Shown: positions 51,511-60,957, counted from the first letter of the stretch. The stretch is DNA of 64,000 nucleotides from an uncultured Acidobacteriota bacterium (GCA_963777605.1 CAVZRV010000030.1:64001-128000), one strand, 5' to 3'. A program made the numbers and translations. The notes: a model not told the origin generated them from the sequence alone.

Positions 51511-52443
51511 ATGAACGGTCGTCACCCACACTCCCCGGTTTCCCGCCAGGAATGGGGGCAGCGATCTGTACCGGCGGGCGTCAGGAGATCGCCGATCAGT
51601 TGGGGCCGGTTTGTCAGGGTACTTCTTGCTGCCGGAGTCCTTTTCCTGTTCGGGAATTGTGCCGGCCGGAACGGACCCGCTGTCGGTGAGGGGCTCCAGC
51701 CTGCCGTCATCCGGATCAGCGGTTCGGACACGATGCTGATCCTCACCCGCCGCTGGGCCGAAGAGTACATGAAGAGGCACCCCGGAGTGTCGGCCTATGT
51801 CTGGGGCGGCGGAACCGCCCGGGGGCTGGAGGCGCTGGCTCGCGGCCGGGTGGATATCGCAGCGGCTTCCAGGCCTTTGGAGCCGCGGGAAGTTCAGATG
51901 CTTGCGGACGTCTTCAAGTCCGTAGGGATCTCGTTTGCTGTTGCCAAGGAGGCGCTGAGTATTTACGTGAACCCCCGGAATCCGATCCGGAACCTGACTC
52001 TTGACCAGATTCGACGAATTTTTTCCGGGGAAGCGGACAACTGGAATGAGTTGGGAGGGGAGGACGCTCCCATCCATGTTCTCCGCAGACCATCATCTTC
52101 GGGAACCTACCTCTACCTGAGGGAGCACGTTCTAAACGGGCAGCCCTATTCGACGGCTGCCGAAGTTGTCGAGGACACGCCGGGTATCGTCCGACGCGTC
52201 GAAGACGATCCCCAGGCCATCGGGTATGGTGGGGTTGCTTACGGGCCGGACCTGCATTGCCGCGTCGAGGGCGTTCTCCCAAGCGAACAGGCGATCCGGG
52301 ACGGGACCTATCCCATTACCCGCTACCTGTTCCTGATTACGACGAATCGGCCGCGCGGAGAGGTCCAGCGGTTTATCGACTGGGCTCAGGGTCCGGCCGG
52401 CCAGGCGGTGGTTCGGGAAGTCGGTTTTGTCGCGCTCTGGTAG
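51511..52443 (+). CDS. PstS-family phosphate-binding protein (no permease genes adjacent)
   Basis: ISGSDTM, GGGTARG, IAAASR, R.SSSGT, AIGY and YPITRYLF. Confidence 0.88.
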   Translation: MNGRHPHSPVSRQEWGQRSVPAGVRRSPISWGRFVRVLLAAGVLFLFGNCAGRNGPAVGEGLQPAVIRISGSDTMLILTRRWAEEYMKRHPGVSAYVWGGGTARGLEALARGRVDIAAASRPLEPREVQMLADVFKSVGISFAVAKEALSIYVNPRNPIRNLTLDQIRRIFSGEADNWNELGGEDAPIHVLRRPSSSGTYLYLREHVLNGQPYSTAAEVVEDTPGIVRRVEDDPQAIGYGGVAYGPDLHCRVEGVLPSEQAIRDGTYPITRYLFLITTNRPRGEVQRFIDWAQGPAGQAVVREVGFVALW

Positions 52444-52545
52444 CGTCCCGACCACTTGCAGGTCTGGACGTAAGTCTGGTAGCGTTCTCCTTCCAAATCG
52501 ATCATAAGGTCGCTTTCATTCGGAAGGTGATTCGTTTATTTGCGA

Positions 52546-52659
52546 GGAGATCCGTTGGAAGAACTCCAGGGGGGAGGTTCTTCCAACTCGATTCGGCGCC
52601 GGCTTGAGGTCCGCAATGGCGGTACCGGGACATGCGCCGACGGAGATCTCCGAAAGGAG
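52546..52659 (+). promoter_or_regulatory. Candidate structured 5' leader with alternative SD pairing
   Basis: Stems 52554-52587 and 52593-52640; CTCC at 52648-52651 can pair with the SD (52656-52659) or with GGAG at 52546-52549. Confidence 0.35.
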
Positions 52660-52669
52660 TTGATTGATC

Positions 52670-54520
52670 ATGGCCCGACGCACGTCGATGCGCCTCGCGA
52701 TAACGGGTTGGGAAAACGGACGCGCTCAGACCGGATTTGGCGTAAAGGTTGGAGGGCTTGCGGCAGTACTGGAAGAACTGCCCGAGGAGTTGATCTCGGC
52801 AGCGGACCGCCTCGGCATCAACCTGGATATCGAATTGCTGACGCCCTGTTTTGCCCACTACGACCGGAGTCAACTCGAACTGGTCGGGGAGCCGATTCCG
52901 GTCCTTCTCGACTACACCCGGTTCGACTTCAAAGTTTATCGTCTGAGGGTTTCACGGAATCTTTCGATGATTTACTTTTGGGACGTGGGGCAGCTCCACT
53001 GGACTAATGCCCGAGCCGTCTATCCCGATGACCCGGAGGTCGGATTCAAGCTGTTTGCTTCCGTCTCCCAGGCAATGGCCGGCTACATCTTGAGGAACCG
53101 GTTTCATACCGTGCACAGCCACGACTACCACGTCGGGCTGATCCCCTTCTATCTCGGCGACGACTACCTGCGCCAGGTGCCACATCATTTCACCATTCAC
53201 AATGCCTCTTACCAGGGGACTTACCCGGTATTCGGAAACGGCTATGAGGCGCTTGGCCGAATCAATCTCCCCGGGGAAGAACTCTTCCACAAGTATTTCG
53301 ACTTCTTCGACAATCTCAACTTCATGAAGGCCGCTGTTATCAAGACGCATGAAGCCGGTGGGTTGGTGACGACGGTCAGTGGAGACCTTGAGGGGACTTG
53401 GGGATACGCAGCGGAACTCAAACAGGATCACGCAACGGTATTGGAACGGGCGAGGCGGCTGAGTCCGACCGGACAGGTGGGGCGGGTCTTCGTGCCCAAC
53501 CGCCACCTTGATATCTTTGAGCACATCCCCATCCATGGAATAACCAACGGGCTTGCCGAAAAGAACCAACCTGAGAACCTGGTTGAGCTGAAATCGGCGT
53601 GGCTCAGGCGTCACAAGGAAAAGTTGCCGGCCGATCGGCCGGTCTTTCGCAATCCTTCGGTCGAGACCGAGATGTTGTCGAAGGATCACAACTTCAGTGC
53701 TGACGACCTGGGGACCAAAGCCGAGGTCAAGCGTTGTCTTCACCTGGAGGCGTTCGGCAGTGAGCCGCCCTCTGACCTGATTTTCGTTGCCGCAGTTGGG
53801 CGGCTGGTCGAGCAGAAACATTTGGGCCTGGTTGCCGATATTGCCGATCGAACCCTTGCCTATGATGGCGGCGTGAAGTTCGTCATCCTGGCGTCCGCTC
53901 CTGATGGCGATTATCAGGGAAAACAGTCCGAGGCCAGGTTCCGCCTTCTCGCCGCCCGGAATCCTGACCGGTTCTTTTACGAGAGTGAGTTCAACCCACC
54001 CCTCTCCAGGCTCATCCTTGCGGGCGGCGACTTCACGCTGATTCCATCGAAGTTCGAGCCGTGCGGGCTGGTTGACTACGAGGCATCCTTGCTTGGGAAC
54101 ATCGTGATTGCCCACCGGACCGGCGGGTTGGCCAAGATGGAGAATTGCGGGTACCTCTACGACTGGTTGGATCAGGCCGACCCCGGTGGAGAGGCGAACG
54201 CCTTTTTCGAACAGGTTCGGAAGGCGATCGACACCTACCGGAACGATCCCGCCCGGCACGCTGCGCTGGTCCTTCGGGCCATGGAGATCGACGCGAGTTG
54301 GGCTCCGTCAGCCGAACAGTATGTCCGCATCTACCGCTACGGACTGCTGTTCCGGGAGTGGGAAAAGAAGCGCGAGTCACTCCTCAAGTCAGTCGACACC
54401 TACTCAAGGAAACTCGTTGAGAAGGAATCTTTGTTCGGCCGGCTGTTCAGCCCGGTCCATCAGGACGTTTTTGATTTTCGCCTCGAAAAGGCTTTCAAGC
54501 GCGATCAGTCTGCCGAGTAG
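52670..54520 (+). CDS. glgA: Glycogen/starch synthase family (GT5) glycosyltransferase, divergent
   Basis: KVGGL, HSHDYH, FTIHNASYQG, GRLVEQK, PSKFEPCGL and TGGL. Confidence 0.78.
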   Translation: MARRTSMRLAITGWENGRAQTGFGVKVGGLAAVLEELPEELISAADRLGINLDIELLTPCFAHYDRSQLELVGEPIPVLLDYTRFDFKVYRLRVSRNLSMIYFWDVGQLHWTNARAVYPDDPEVGFKLFASVSQAMAGYILRNRFHTVHSHDYHVGLIPFYLGDDYLRQVPHHFTIHNASYQGTYPVFGNGYEALGRINLPGEELFHKYFDFFDNLNFMKAAVIKTHEAGGLVTTVSGDLEGTWGYAAELKQDHATVLERARRLSPTGQVGRVFVPNRHLDIFEHIPIHGITNGLAEKNQPENLVELKSAWLRRHKEKLPADRPVFRNPSVETEMLSKDHNFSADDLGTKAEVKRCLHLEAFGSEPPSDLIFVAAVGRLVEQKHLGLVADIADRTLAYDGGVKFVILASAPDGDYQGKQSEARFRLLAARNPDRFFYESEFNPPLSRLILAGGDFTLIPSKFEPCGLVDYEASLLGNIVIAHRTGGLAKMENCGYLYDWLDQADPGGEANAFFEQVRKAIDTYRNDPARHAALVLRAMEIDASWAPSAEQYVRIYRYGLLFREWEKKRESLLKSVDTYSRKLVEKESLFGRLFSPVHQDVFDFRLEKAFKRDQSAE

Positions 54521-55581
54521 CTCGAATCCGGAGCGGCTTCGTAGCAGCCGAGGAATTTGAAAACCGACGTCTTTGCCCGAACCCGGGTCAGGACGCTGAC
54601 AACATCGCGATCCTGATCGGATCCAAAAAAGTCCAGGAAGAAGACGTAGTTACCGGGATCGGCTCGGTTCGGCATTGACTCGATGCGGGTGAGATTGATC
54701 CCGGCATCGGCGAACTCCTTGAGGATCTGGAAGAGGGCGCCCGCTTTGTGCTCGGCGACGAATATCACGGAACACTTGTTGCCCGGTTGAGGGGATGTGC
54801 CCGCCGACAGGACGAGGAACCGGGTAACGTTCCCGGGGTGGTCTTCAATGTTTTCAGCGACCGTTTTCAGATGGTAATACTCTGCCGAAAAGGTGCTGGC
54901 GATGGCGGCGGTAGCTTCAGGGCGTTGCTGGACCAGCATTTTTGCCGCGCCCCCGAGATCGTAGTACAGGCGGGTTTCGTATTTCCCTTCGGTGAGGAAT
55001 GTCTGGCACTGGGACAGCGCCTGCCGATGGGAGTAAACGACGCGAATTTCTTCCGGGTCGGTTTCCGGAAGCGTGAGCAGGGAATAGTGGACCGGCAGCC
55101 TGATTTCCCCAATGACATTGAGGTTGGTTTTAACCAGGAGTTCGTTGACGTCGGTGACCGTTCCGCCAATGGTACTCTCCACCGGGACGACGCCGTAATG
55201 GAGCAGGCCCTTCTCAACTCCCTGGAAAACTTCGGCGTAGTCCAAGCAACTGATGTAGACAAGTGAATCGTTAAATTCGCGCGCGGCGATCTCGCTGTAG
55301 GAACCGTGTTCTCCCTGAAATCCGATCAGTTCGACGTCAACCTGCTGGAGCCGCTTGCTCTCACCGATGATGTCGAGAAAGAGCTTCTTGCAGAAGTCGG
55401 GTTCGATCAGCCCCTGAGAGTGCCTTCGGATGTATTCGATGACCTCGTGCTCCCGCCGTGGATCGGAAACGGACGTCTTGAACTTCTTGGTGCGGAGCGC
55501 AAATTCCATCCGGCTGTTGAGGAGTTTGAGGATTTCGAAGTCGATAGTGTTGATTCTTTTCCGGATTTCATCGAGTGTCAT
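54505..55581 (-). CDS. pheA: Chorismate mutase/prephenate dehydratase (P-protein)
   Basis: LDEIRKRINTID (CM), FQGEHGSYS, SHRQALSQC, NVTRF and ACT domain INLTRIES..LGCY. Confidence 0.93.
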   Translation of the reverse strand: MTLDEIRKRINTIDFEILKLLNSRMEFALRTKKFKTSVSDPRREHEVIEYIRRHSQGLIEPDFCKKLFLDIIGESKRLQQVDVELIGFQGEHGSYSEIAAREFNDSLVYISCLDYAEVFQGVEKGLLHYGVVPVESTIGGTVTDVNELLVKTNLNVIGEIRLPVHYSLLTLPETDPEEIRVVYSHRQALSQCQTFLTEGKYETRLYYDLGGAAKMLVQQRPEATAAIASTFSAEYYHLKTVAENIEDHPGNVTRFLVLSAGTSPQPGNKCSVIFVAEHKAGALFQILKEFADAGINLTRIESMPNRADPGNYVFFLDFFGSDQDRDVVSVLTRVRAKTSVFKFLGCYEAAPDSSYSAD

Positions 55582-55699
55582 GACTTTTCCTTCGGGTGCA
55601 CGGCAACCTGTTAGATTAGAAATGACTTCATGCGACCAGTTCAAGCGTTGAGGCGCGGGAATCGGTCGGGGCCGTCGAGGAAACCGCTGCGATAGGACG

Positions 55700-56629
55700 C
55701 TAGAAGTGCCTGACGAGGGCCGGCTTTGGACCCGAGTCCCGGTTCATCAACTCAACCAGCGCCGGGCTGGCGGGTCGAATCGTCTGGGTCTCGAGGTTGA
55801 CCGCCCAGACCAGGTGCGTTTCCGACGCCTGATCTGACTTCTGAGCCACGATCTCGATGGCAATCTCCGGCAGCTTGGTTCGGGTAACAGCCCACCTCTT
55901 GTACTGCAGGTCCAGATAGTTTCCGGTCTCAACCAGGGACCGGGCCACATCGGACCGCTTCTGGAGCAGTTCGAACGCCCGGCGAATCGGCAGCGTCGAC
56001 TGGGCGGGCTCGGCGGAGGCCGGTACTCGAGACGGCTCCGTGGCCGGTTCTGTCTTTACGGTTCCGGTAGAGGCTGTCGGCGCTCCGGGCTCGCCCGGCT
56101 CGTTCGGGGTCAGTGAGCCAGGGGGTGACTGCTCGTGCTCGGGCGCCACTTCGGAGGTCAGCGGTTCCTCTGCGTCCGGTGTCGATTCGGATTTCGGATT
56201 AGCACTATTACCGGAGAGGAGTAGAACAAGCACAATCACGACGGCGAGCCCCCCAACGGCCAGCCAGATGAGGTGGGTTCGCCGGCGACCTCCGGGTTCG
56301 AAGGCACTTTCGTAGAGCGATCCCGAAGGCGAAACCGGCGCCCGCGCAGGTGCCGATGGGCCACCCATTCTGTCGATCGGTCGGGTTGTTGAAGAGGCAG
56401 CAGCAGCGTGTCCCGAGGCAGTCTTGATCTGCAGCTGATTGCGGATCAGTTCGAAGGCCTGGTTGATGGCCTGGAGCTCCCGCAATGCCTTCCGTTCGAG
56501 GCGCGGAGTGTCCGTGAATCGCTTGGGGTCCCAGACCGTGACCAGGTCGCTGTGAGCCTCCATGACCTCTCGAAAGGAGGTCCCGGGCTCGAGTCCCAAA
56601 GTCCGATAAGCTTGCTCCAAGTCTGTCAT
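55700..56629 (-). CDS. Membrane-anchored J-domain-like protein lacking HPD
   Basis: AYRTLGLEPG..LVTVWDPKRF..INQAFE; single TM; Pro/Glu-rich linker. Confidence 0.75.
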   Translation of the reverse strand: MTDLEQAYRTLGLEPGTSFREVMEAHSDLVTVWDPKRFTDTPRLERKALRELQAINQAFELIRNQLQIKTASGHAAAASSTTRPIDRMGGPSAPARAPVSPSGSLYESAFEPGGRRRTHLIWLAVGGLAVVIVLVLLLSGNSANPKSESTPDAEEPLTSEVAPEHEQSPPGSLTPNEPGEPGAPTASTGTVKTEPATEPSRVPASAEPAQSTLPIRRAFELLQKRSDVARSLVETGNYLDLQYKRWAVTRTKLPEIAIEIVAQKSDQASETHLVWAVNLETQTIRPASPALVELMNRDSGPKPALVRHF

Positions 56630-56764
56630 GGCCTGCGGGCGGATTCTAACACTAACGCGCGGTTGAGTGGGCTCCTGACCGGCATGGATGCCAATGCAGA
56701 CTGGTCAAGGTAGAAGTGGTCTTCACCGTCTGGTCTCGAACGGGGGAACCAGGTAGAAGGGACA

Positions 56765-57307
56765 CTAGTAAGCCTTTCGCAGAAAGGAGTCGATTCCTTC
56801 TTCCTTCAGCCGGACCTGATCGGAGAGCGCGTCCGACTTGGACAGATAGGGGCCGGCCAGAACCCTGAAATAGTCACTTGCCGATTCGGGAGTGCGCACC
56901 TGACAAGGGATACCCTTTGACCGAATCTCCGAGGCTCGCTTTTCAGCTCCCGGCTCGCCCTTGAAGGCCCCCAGTTGAAGGACTAACTCGCCGGATTTGA
57001 TCGCCTTTGAACGAGGATTGGGGGTCTCCGCAGATTCCTTTGGCTCGGCCTTCGATGATCCCCCCTGGATCACGATCTCAGGAGAAGTCTGCATCGAGTC
57101 TGCGTTTCCCCCGGGCGGGGACCCGGAGTCAGGAAGGGGGGCGGCTTTCAATTGCGTCGGCGTGCCTTGCACGGTCTTGGCAGCCGGAGCCGGGATGGTG
57201 TGATTCCACCCGAGGGTCAAGAACCAGAGTGCCGCCAGAATTGCCCAGACGGCGACGGCGACAAGCGCAATCGTTCGAAGACGGATTTCTTTCAATGAAT
57301 CGAACAT
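56765..57307 (-). CDS. SPOR domain-containing membrane-anchored protein
   Basis: N-terminal TM, Pro-rich linker, LQLGAFK and FRVLAGPY. Confidence 0.85.
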   Translation of the reverse strand: MFDSLKEIRLRTIALVAVAVWAILAALWFLTLGWNHTIPAPAAKTVQGTPTQLKAAPLPDSGSPPGGNADSMQTSPEIVIQGGSSKAEPKESAETPNPRSKAIKSGELVLQLGAFKGEPGAEKRASEIRSKGIPCQVRTPESASDYFRVLAGPYLSKSDALSDQVRLKEEGIDSFLRKAY

Positions 57308-57548
57308 AATTAGTCCTGACTCTTCCCAAAGACTGTAGCACCTCGATCTGGCAATTCACGGTCTGGCCAATTTGACAGCAACGGCATTCCGGTTATCTGG
57401 TGGACTCCTGATCGATCACCGCGCCTATGTGGATCTCCAGTTTCCGATTTCCGACGAACCTCCTTCCCGGAAGTGGCCGTTGCGGGTAGACTTCTGAAAC
57501 CCATCCAGTTCAGGATTTGACGTGTTCTGGAAAGGAAAGAGAGGTGTC

Positions 57549-57998
57549 ATGCGAACAATTCTGGGCATATTGTCTGGGCTGGCATTGTTTGGATTTCTGG
57601 TATCGTGTGGGGGATCAACGGAACCGGTTCCGGAAAATTCGGCGGCTGCATTGAATGAGGGAGGAGAACTGAACGTGCCTGGAAAATTCATCCATACCGT
57701 CTTTTTCTGGCTCAGGGAAGGGACCAGTGAAGCGGAGAAGCAGCAACTGGTCGAGGATTGTCGAACCTTGCTCGGATCGATCGAAACGGTGCGATTCCTG
57801 GAGACCGGCTTTCCGGCGGGAACTCCTCGGGACGTGGTGGACAACAGCTACGGGGTCGGCCTGGTGGTCCACTTTGACGACAAGCAGGGACACGATTTCT
57901 ACCAGGACGCCCCGGTCCACAAGGATTTCATCGCCAGGAACCAGGCAATCTGGGAAAGAGTGCAGGTTTACGATTTGGTGGTTGCTCCGAGGGACTGA
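57549..57998 (+). CDS. Dabb (stress-responsive A/B barrel) family lipoprotein
   Basis: Lipobox LVSC; FIHTVFFWL, YQDAPVHKDF and VQVYD. Confidence 0.85.
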   Translation: MRTILGILSGLALFGFLVSCGGSTEPVPENSAAALNEGGELNVPGKFIHTVFFWLREGTSEAEKQQLVEDCRTLLGSIETVRFLETGFPAGTPRDVVDNSYGVGLVVHFDDKQGHDFYQDAPVHKDFIARNQAIWERVQVYDLVVAPRD

Positions 57999-58007
57999 TT
58001 GCGTTTC

Positions 58008-58493
58008 TTAAGCGGTCCCACCTGAGTCCAGGCTGGCTTGGGTCAGCAGCGTGACGGCGGTAACGGCCGCCAGCATGATCAGGAGCAGGAACAGGAGCAC
58101 GGAAAGAAGCGTCAGGGGCTTTCCCGTGAACCGGCGCATTGTCCAAATGGTACCCACGTTGGCGGCGACTCCGAGGATCGCGCAGACGAGGGCGCCCGTG
58201 AGGTGATCCGAGCCGGTCGGGGGAAGAAAGTCCGAACCCCTGATTGGTCCTCGGGCGAAGTCCCAGCCCATGTAGGCTCCGACCAGCAAGCCCGCACAAA
58301 TAAGCAACTGCCGGGCCATGCGGCGGTCGGGGATGTAACGGCCGGCCAGGCCCATCAGTACGCCTGTCGGAATTGCCGCACCGACGGGTATGAACGGACC
58401 CGCCAGCGGGTAGAGCAGTGTCATCGAGTGGGCGGACAGCCACCAGACGGCGCCGGATAAACACCAGAGGAATCCCTTTTCCATATTGGTCAC
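58008..58493 (-). CDS. Hypothetical membrane protein
   Basis: Several hydrophobic helices; fills the gap between neighbouring genes. Confidence 0.6.
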   Translation of the reverse strand: MTNMEKGFLWCLSGAVWWLSAHSMTLLYPLAGPFIPVGAAIPTGVLMGLAGRYIPDRRMARQLLICAGLLVGAYMGWDFARGPIRGSDFLPPTGSDHLTGALVCAILGVAANVGTIWTMRRFTGKPLTLLSVLLFLLLIMLAAVTAVTLLTQASLDSGGTA

Positions 58494-58544
58494 TTAGATT
58501 GTTTATCGTGATGGCGGCTTTGTCGAGGACCCAGGTTCAAGAAG

Positions 58545-60032
58545 ATGAGTTTTGAAACCCAGGGGCTGATTGCCATTATTTTCTTCTACGGATTGTTTTT
58601 CGCCGTGGGTAGCCTGGCGGCGAGAGTGCGAAAGTCTTCAAATTCCATCGACGAATTTCTCCTCGCTGGCCGAAATTTGCCGCTCGTAGTCGGCGCGCTG
58701 ACGATGGTGGCCACCTGGGTCGGGGGCGGGTACATCAACGGAACGGCTGAAGCGATGGCCGATCCCGCCCGCGGCCTGGTGTGGACCCAGGCTCCCTGGG
58801 GCTATGCCTTGAGCCTTATTGTCGGTGGACTGGTTTTTGCCGGTCCCATGCGAAAACAGGGCTTCCACACCTTGCTCGACCTCTTTGCCGACCGTTACGG
58901 GACCCGGGTTACGGCGGGTCTTTTCGTGCCTGCACTGTTGGGGGAGATCTTCTGGAGCGCCGCAATTCTGGTCGCACTGGGAACGACGTTTGGAACGATC
59001 CTCGACATTGATTTCACGACATCCATCCTCCTCTCGGCCGCCGTGGCGATCGGTTACACCATGATGGGGGGGCTAAGATCGGTTGCCTACACCGATGTCC
59101 TGCAGTTGGCCTTCATTTTCACGGGCCTCGTGGTGGCGGTTGTGTTCGCTCTCCACGGAAGCGGGGGGCTGGATGCGGTCGTGTCACGCTACTCTTCGAT
59201 GTTTTCAGGATCGAACCGGATTCTGCCGCCTGAGTCGGCGTTCAGCGGTTCGGCTCCATGGGGTTGGCAGTGGGCTGACGTTGCCCTCCTGCTGATCTTC
59301 GGAGGAATCCCCTGGCAGGTCTACTTCCAGCGAGTGCTGGCCTGCCGGGACGAGCGCTCGGCAATCCGACTGTCTTTGATGGCTGGCTTCGGCTGCCTGG
59401 TAGCGGCCGTCCCCGCCGCCCTGATCGGTGTGATCGGTGGGACTACCAACTGGACGGCGCTCCACATCGAACCGCCTGGAAACCCTGCTCTCACCCTGCC
59501 CTGGGTTCTGCTCCACCTGACTCCCCATCTGGTTGCCCTGCTGGGACTCTCCGCCATTGCCGCGGCGGTAATGTCTTCGGTCGATTCTTCCATCCTGTCG
59601 GCGTCATCGATGTTCGCCTGGAATATCTACCGCCCGTTCCTGAGCCGGGGGGAGGAAGACCGGTCAATTGCCTTGGTCACGAGGGTCGCCGTTCTCGTAA
59701 TCGGATCAGCGGCCGCCAGCCTGGCGTTGGCCGTCCAGAGTGTCTATACGCTCTGGGCGCTTTGTTCCGACCTGGTTTACGTGATCCTGTTTCCGCAGTT
59801 GCTGATGGCCCTTTTCTACCGTCGGGTGACGCGGACCGGCGCCGTGGCCGGCGCCCTGGTTGCCCTCGTGCTTCGAATCGGCGGTGGAGAACCGCTGCTC
59901 GGAATCGACTCGATTCTCCCTTATCCGATGTTCGACGCAGCGCATGGACTGATGTTTCCTTTCCGGACCTTCTCGATGGTCGCCGGGTTGCTGACAATCT
60001 GGGCCGTGTCGAAGGCAAGGGTTTTCGATTGA
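58545..60032 (+). CDS. Sodium:solute symporter, high-affinity choline transporter (CHT1/SLC5A7)-like
   Basis: ATWVGGGYINGTAE, SVAYTDV.Q, GGIPWQVYFQRVL, AAVMSSVDSSILS, LW...SDLVY..LFPQL and FPFRT. Confidence 0.88.
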   Translation: MSFETQGLIAIIFFYGLFFAVGSLAARVRKSSNSIDEFLLAGRNLPLVVGALTMVATWVGGGYINGTAEAMADPARGLVWTQAPWGYALSLIVGGLVFAGPMRKQGFHTLLDLFADRYGTRVTAGLFVPALLGEIFWSAAILVALGTTFGTILDIDFTTSILLSAAVAIGYTMMGGLRSVAYTDVLQLAFIFTGLVVAVVFALHGSGGLDAVVSRYSSMFSGSNRILPPESAFSGSAPWGWQWADVALLLIFGGIPWQVYFQRVLACRDERSAIRLSLMAGFGCLVAAVPAALIGVIGGTTNWTALHIEPPGNPALTLPWVLLHLTPHLVALLGLSAIAAAVMSSVDSSILSASSMFAWNIYRPFLSRGEEDRSIALVTRVAVLVIGSAAASLALAVQSVYTLWALCSDLVYVILFPQLLMALFYRRVTRTGAVAGALVALVLRIGGGEPLLGIDSILPYPMFDAAHGLMFPFRTFSMVAGLLTIWAVSKARVFD

Positions 60033-60115
60033 CGGTCTTCGATTTATGATTTCTTTTTCGATTTGTGATTTAGAGCGTTCTTTTGGGTGCCGGAATGAGC
60101 AGGGAGGGTGCGGGA

Positions 60116-60847
60116 ATGAGTAGTGGTACAGGGGGAGCACGAGGAACTGGAGTGGCTGGGCGTATGGCGGCTCTGTCCGTTCACCTATACACGGCTTCCG
60201 GGGCGGTGTGGGCCGCGCTGACTGCACTGGCAATTTCGCGAAGCGACTACCGGATGGCGTTCATCTGGATGCTGGCGGCACTGGTGGTGGATTCGACCGA
60301 CGGAACCCTCGCTCGCCGGTTTCGGGTCAAGGTGATGTGGCCCAGCATCGACGGCCGGAAGCTGGACGATATCGTTGACTACCTCAATTACACTTTTCTT
60401 CCGCTGATCCTGATTGCCCACGCGGGATGGGTGGAGGAGCCCCGGGTACTCTGGATCGGGCTGGCGGCTGTCGCCAGCCTGTTCGGGTTCGCCAATGTCG
60501 GAGCCAAGGAGGAAGACGAAGGATTCTTCCTGGGCTTTCCCTCTTACTGGAACGTGTTCGCGCTCTATCTTTTCCTGCTGTCACCCGATCCCGTGACAGC
60601 AACCGCCTGGACCCTGTTTTTGACCGCTCTGACGATAGCTCCGTTGCGGTTCCTTTATCCCAGCCACTCTTCCCGCTGGAACCGTTTTTTCACTTGGGGA
60701 GGGCTGATCTGGACAGCAATGGCGGCGTGGATCCTCCTCGAGCAACCGGAGAGCCATCCAGTCCTCGTCTGGATCTCGGCACTCTATCCCGCTGCCTATT
60801 GCCTGCTTTCTTTCGTGGAGGACTTTCGTACGAGGCGCGCAGGCTGA
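60116..60847 (+). CDS. pcs: Phosphatidylcholine synthase (CDP-alcohol phosphatidyltransferase)
   Basis: VHLYTASG; DGTLARRFRVKVMWPSIDGRKLDDIVD fits DG(X)2AR(X)8P(X)3G(X)3D(X)3D; FLGFPSYWN. Confidence 0.85.
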   Translation: MSSGTGGARGTGVAGRMAALSVHLYTASGAVWAALTALAISRSDYRMAFIWMLAALVVDSTDGTLARRFRVKVMWPSIDGRKLDDIVDYLNYTFLPLILIAHAGWVEEPRVLWIGLAAVASLFGFANVGAKEEDEGFFLGFPSYWNVFALYLFLLSPDPVTATAWTLFLTALTIAPLRFLYPSHSSRWNRFFTWGGLIWTAMAAWILLEQPESHPVLVWISALYPAAYCLLSFVEDFRTRRAG

Positions 60848-60923
60848 ACCTTCCTTGTTTGGCCGACACCTTGCTGGGCCAGAGTTGAGTGCGCACGAAG
60901 TGAGCGCTATCGTCGCCGGTGCG

Positions 60924-60951
60924 TTGACTTTGGACGGGGAAACGATAGAGT
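60924..60951 (+). promoter_or_regulatory. sigma70-type promoter, probably leaderless transcript
   Basis: TTGACT-N16-TAGAGT, 6 nt before ATG 60958. Confidence 0.65.
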
Positions 60952-60957
60952 CAGGCT

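Noticed and set aside
52546-52660. Glycine riboswitch suggested by GGAGA...CGCCGACGGAG
   Set aside because: It lacks the downstream CTCTCAGG segment and a second aptamer, and the gene context does not fit.
60085-60120. 15-nt near-direct repeat GGGTGC(C/G)GGAATGAG at the pcs start
   Set aside because: Only two copies; it looks like a small local duplication that just makes the start codon ambiguous.
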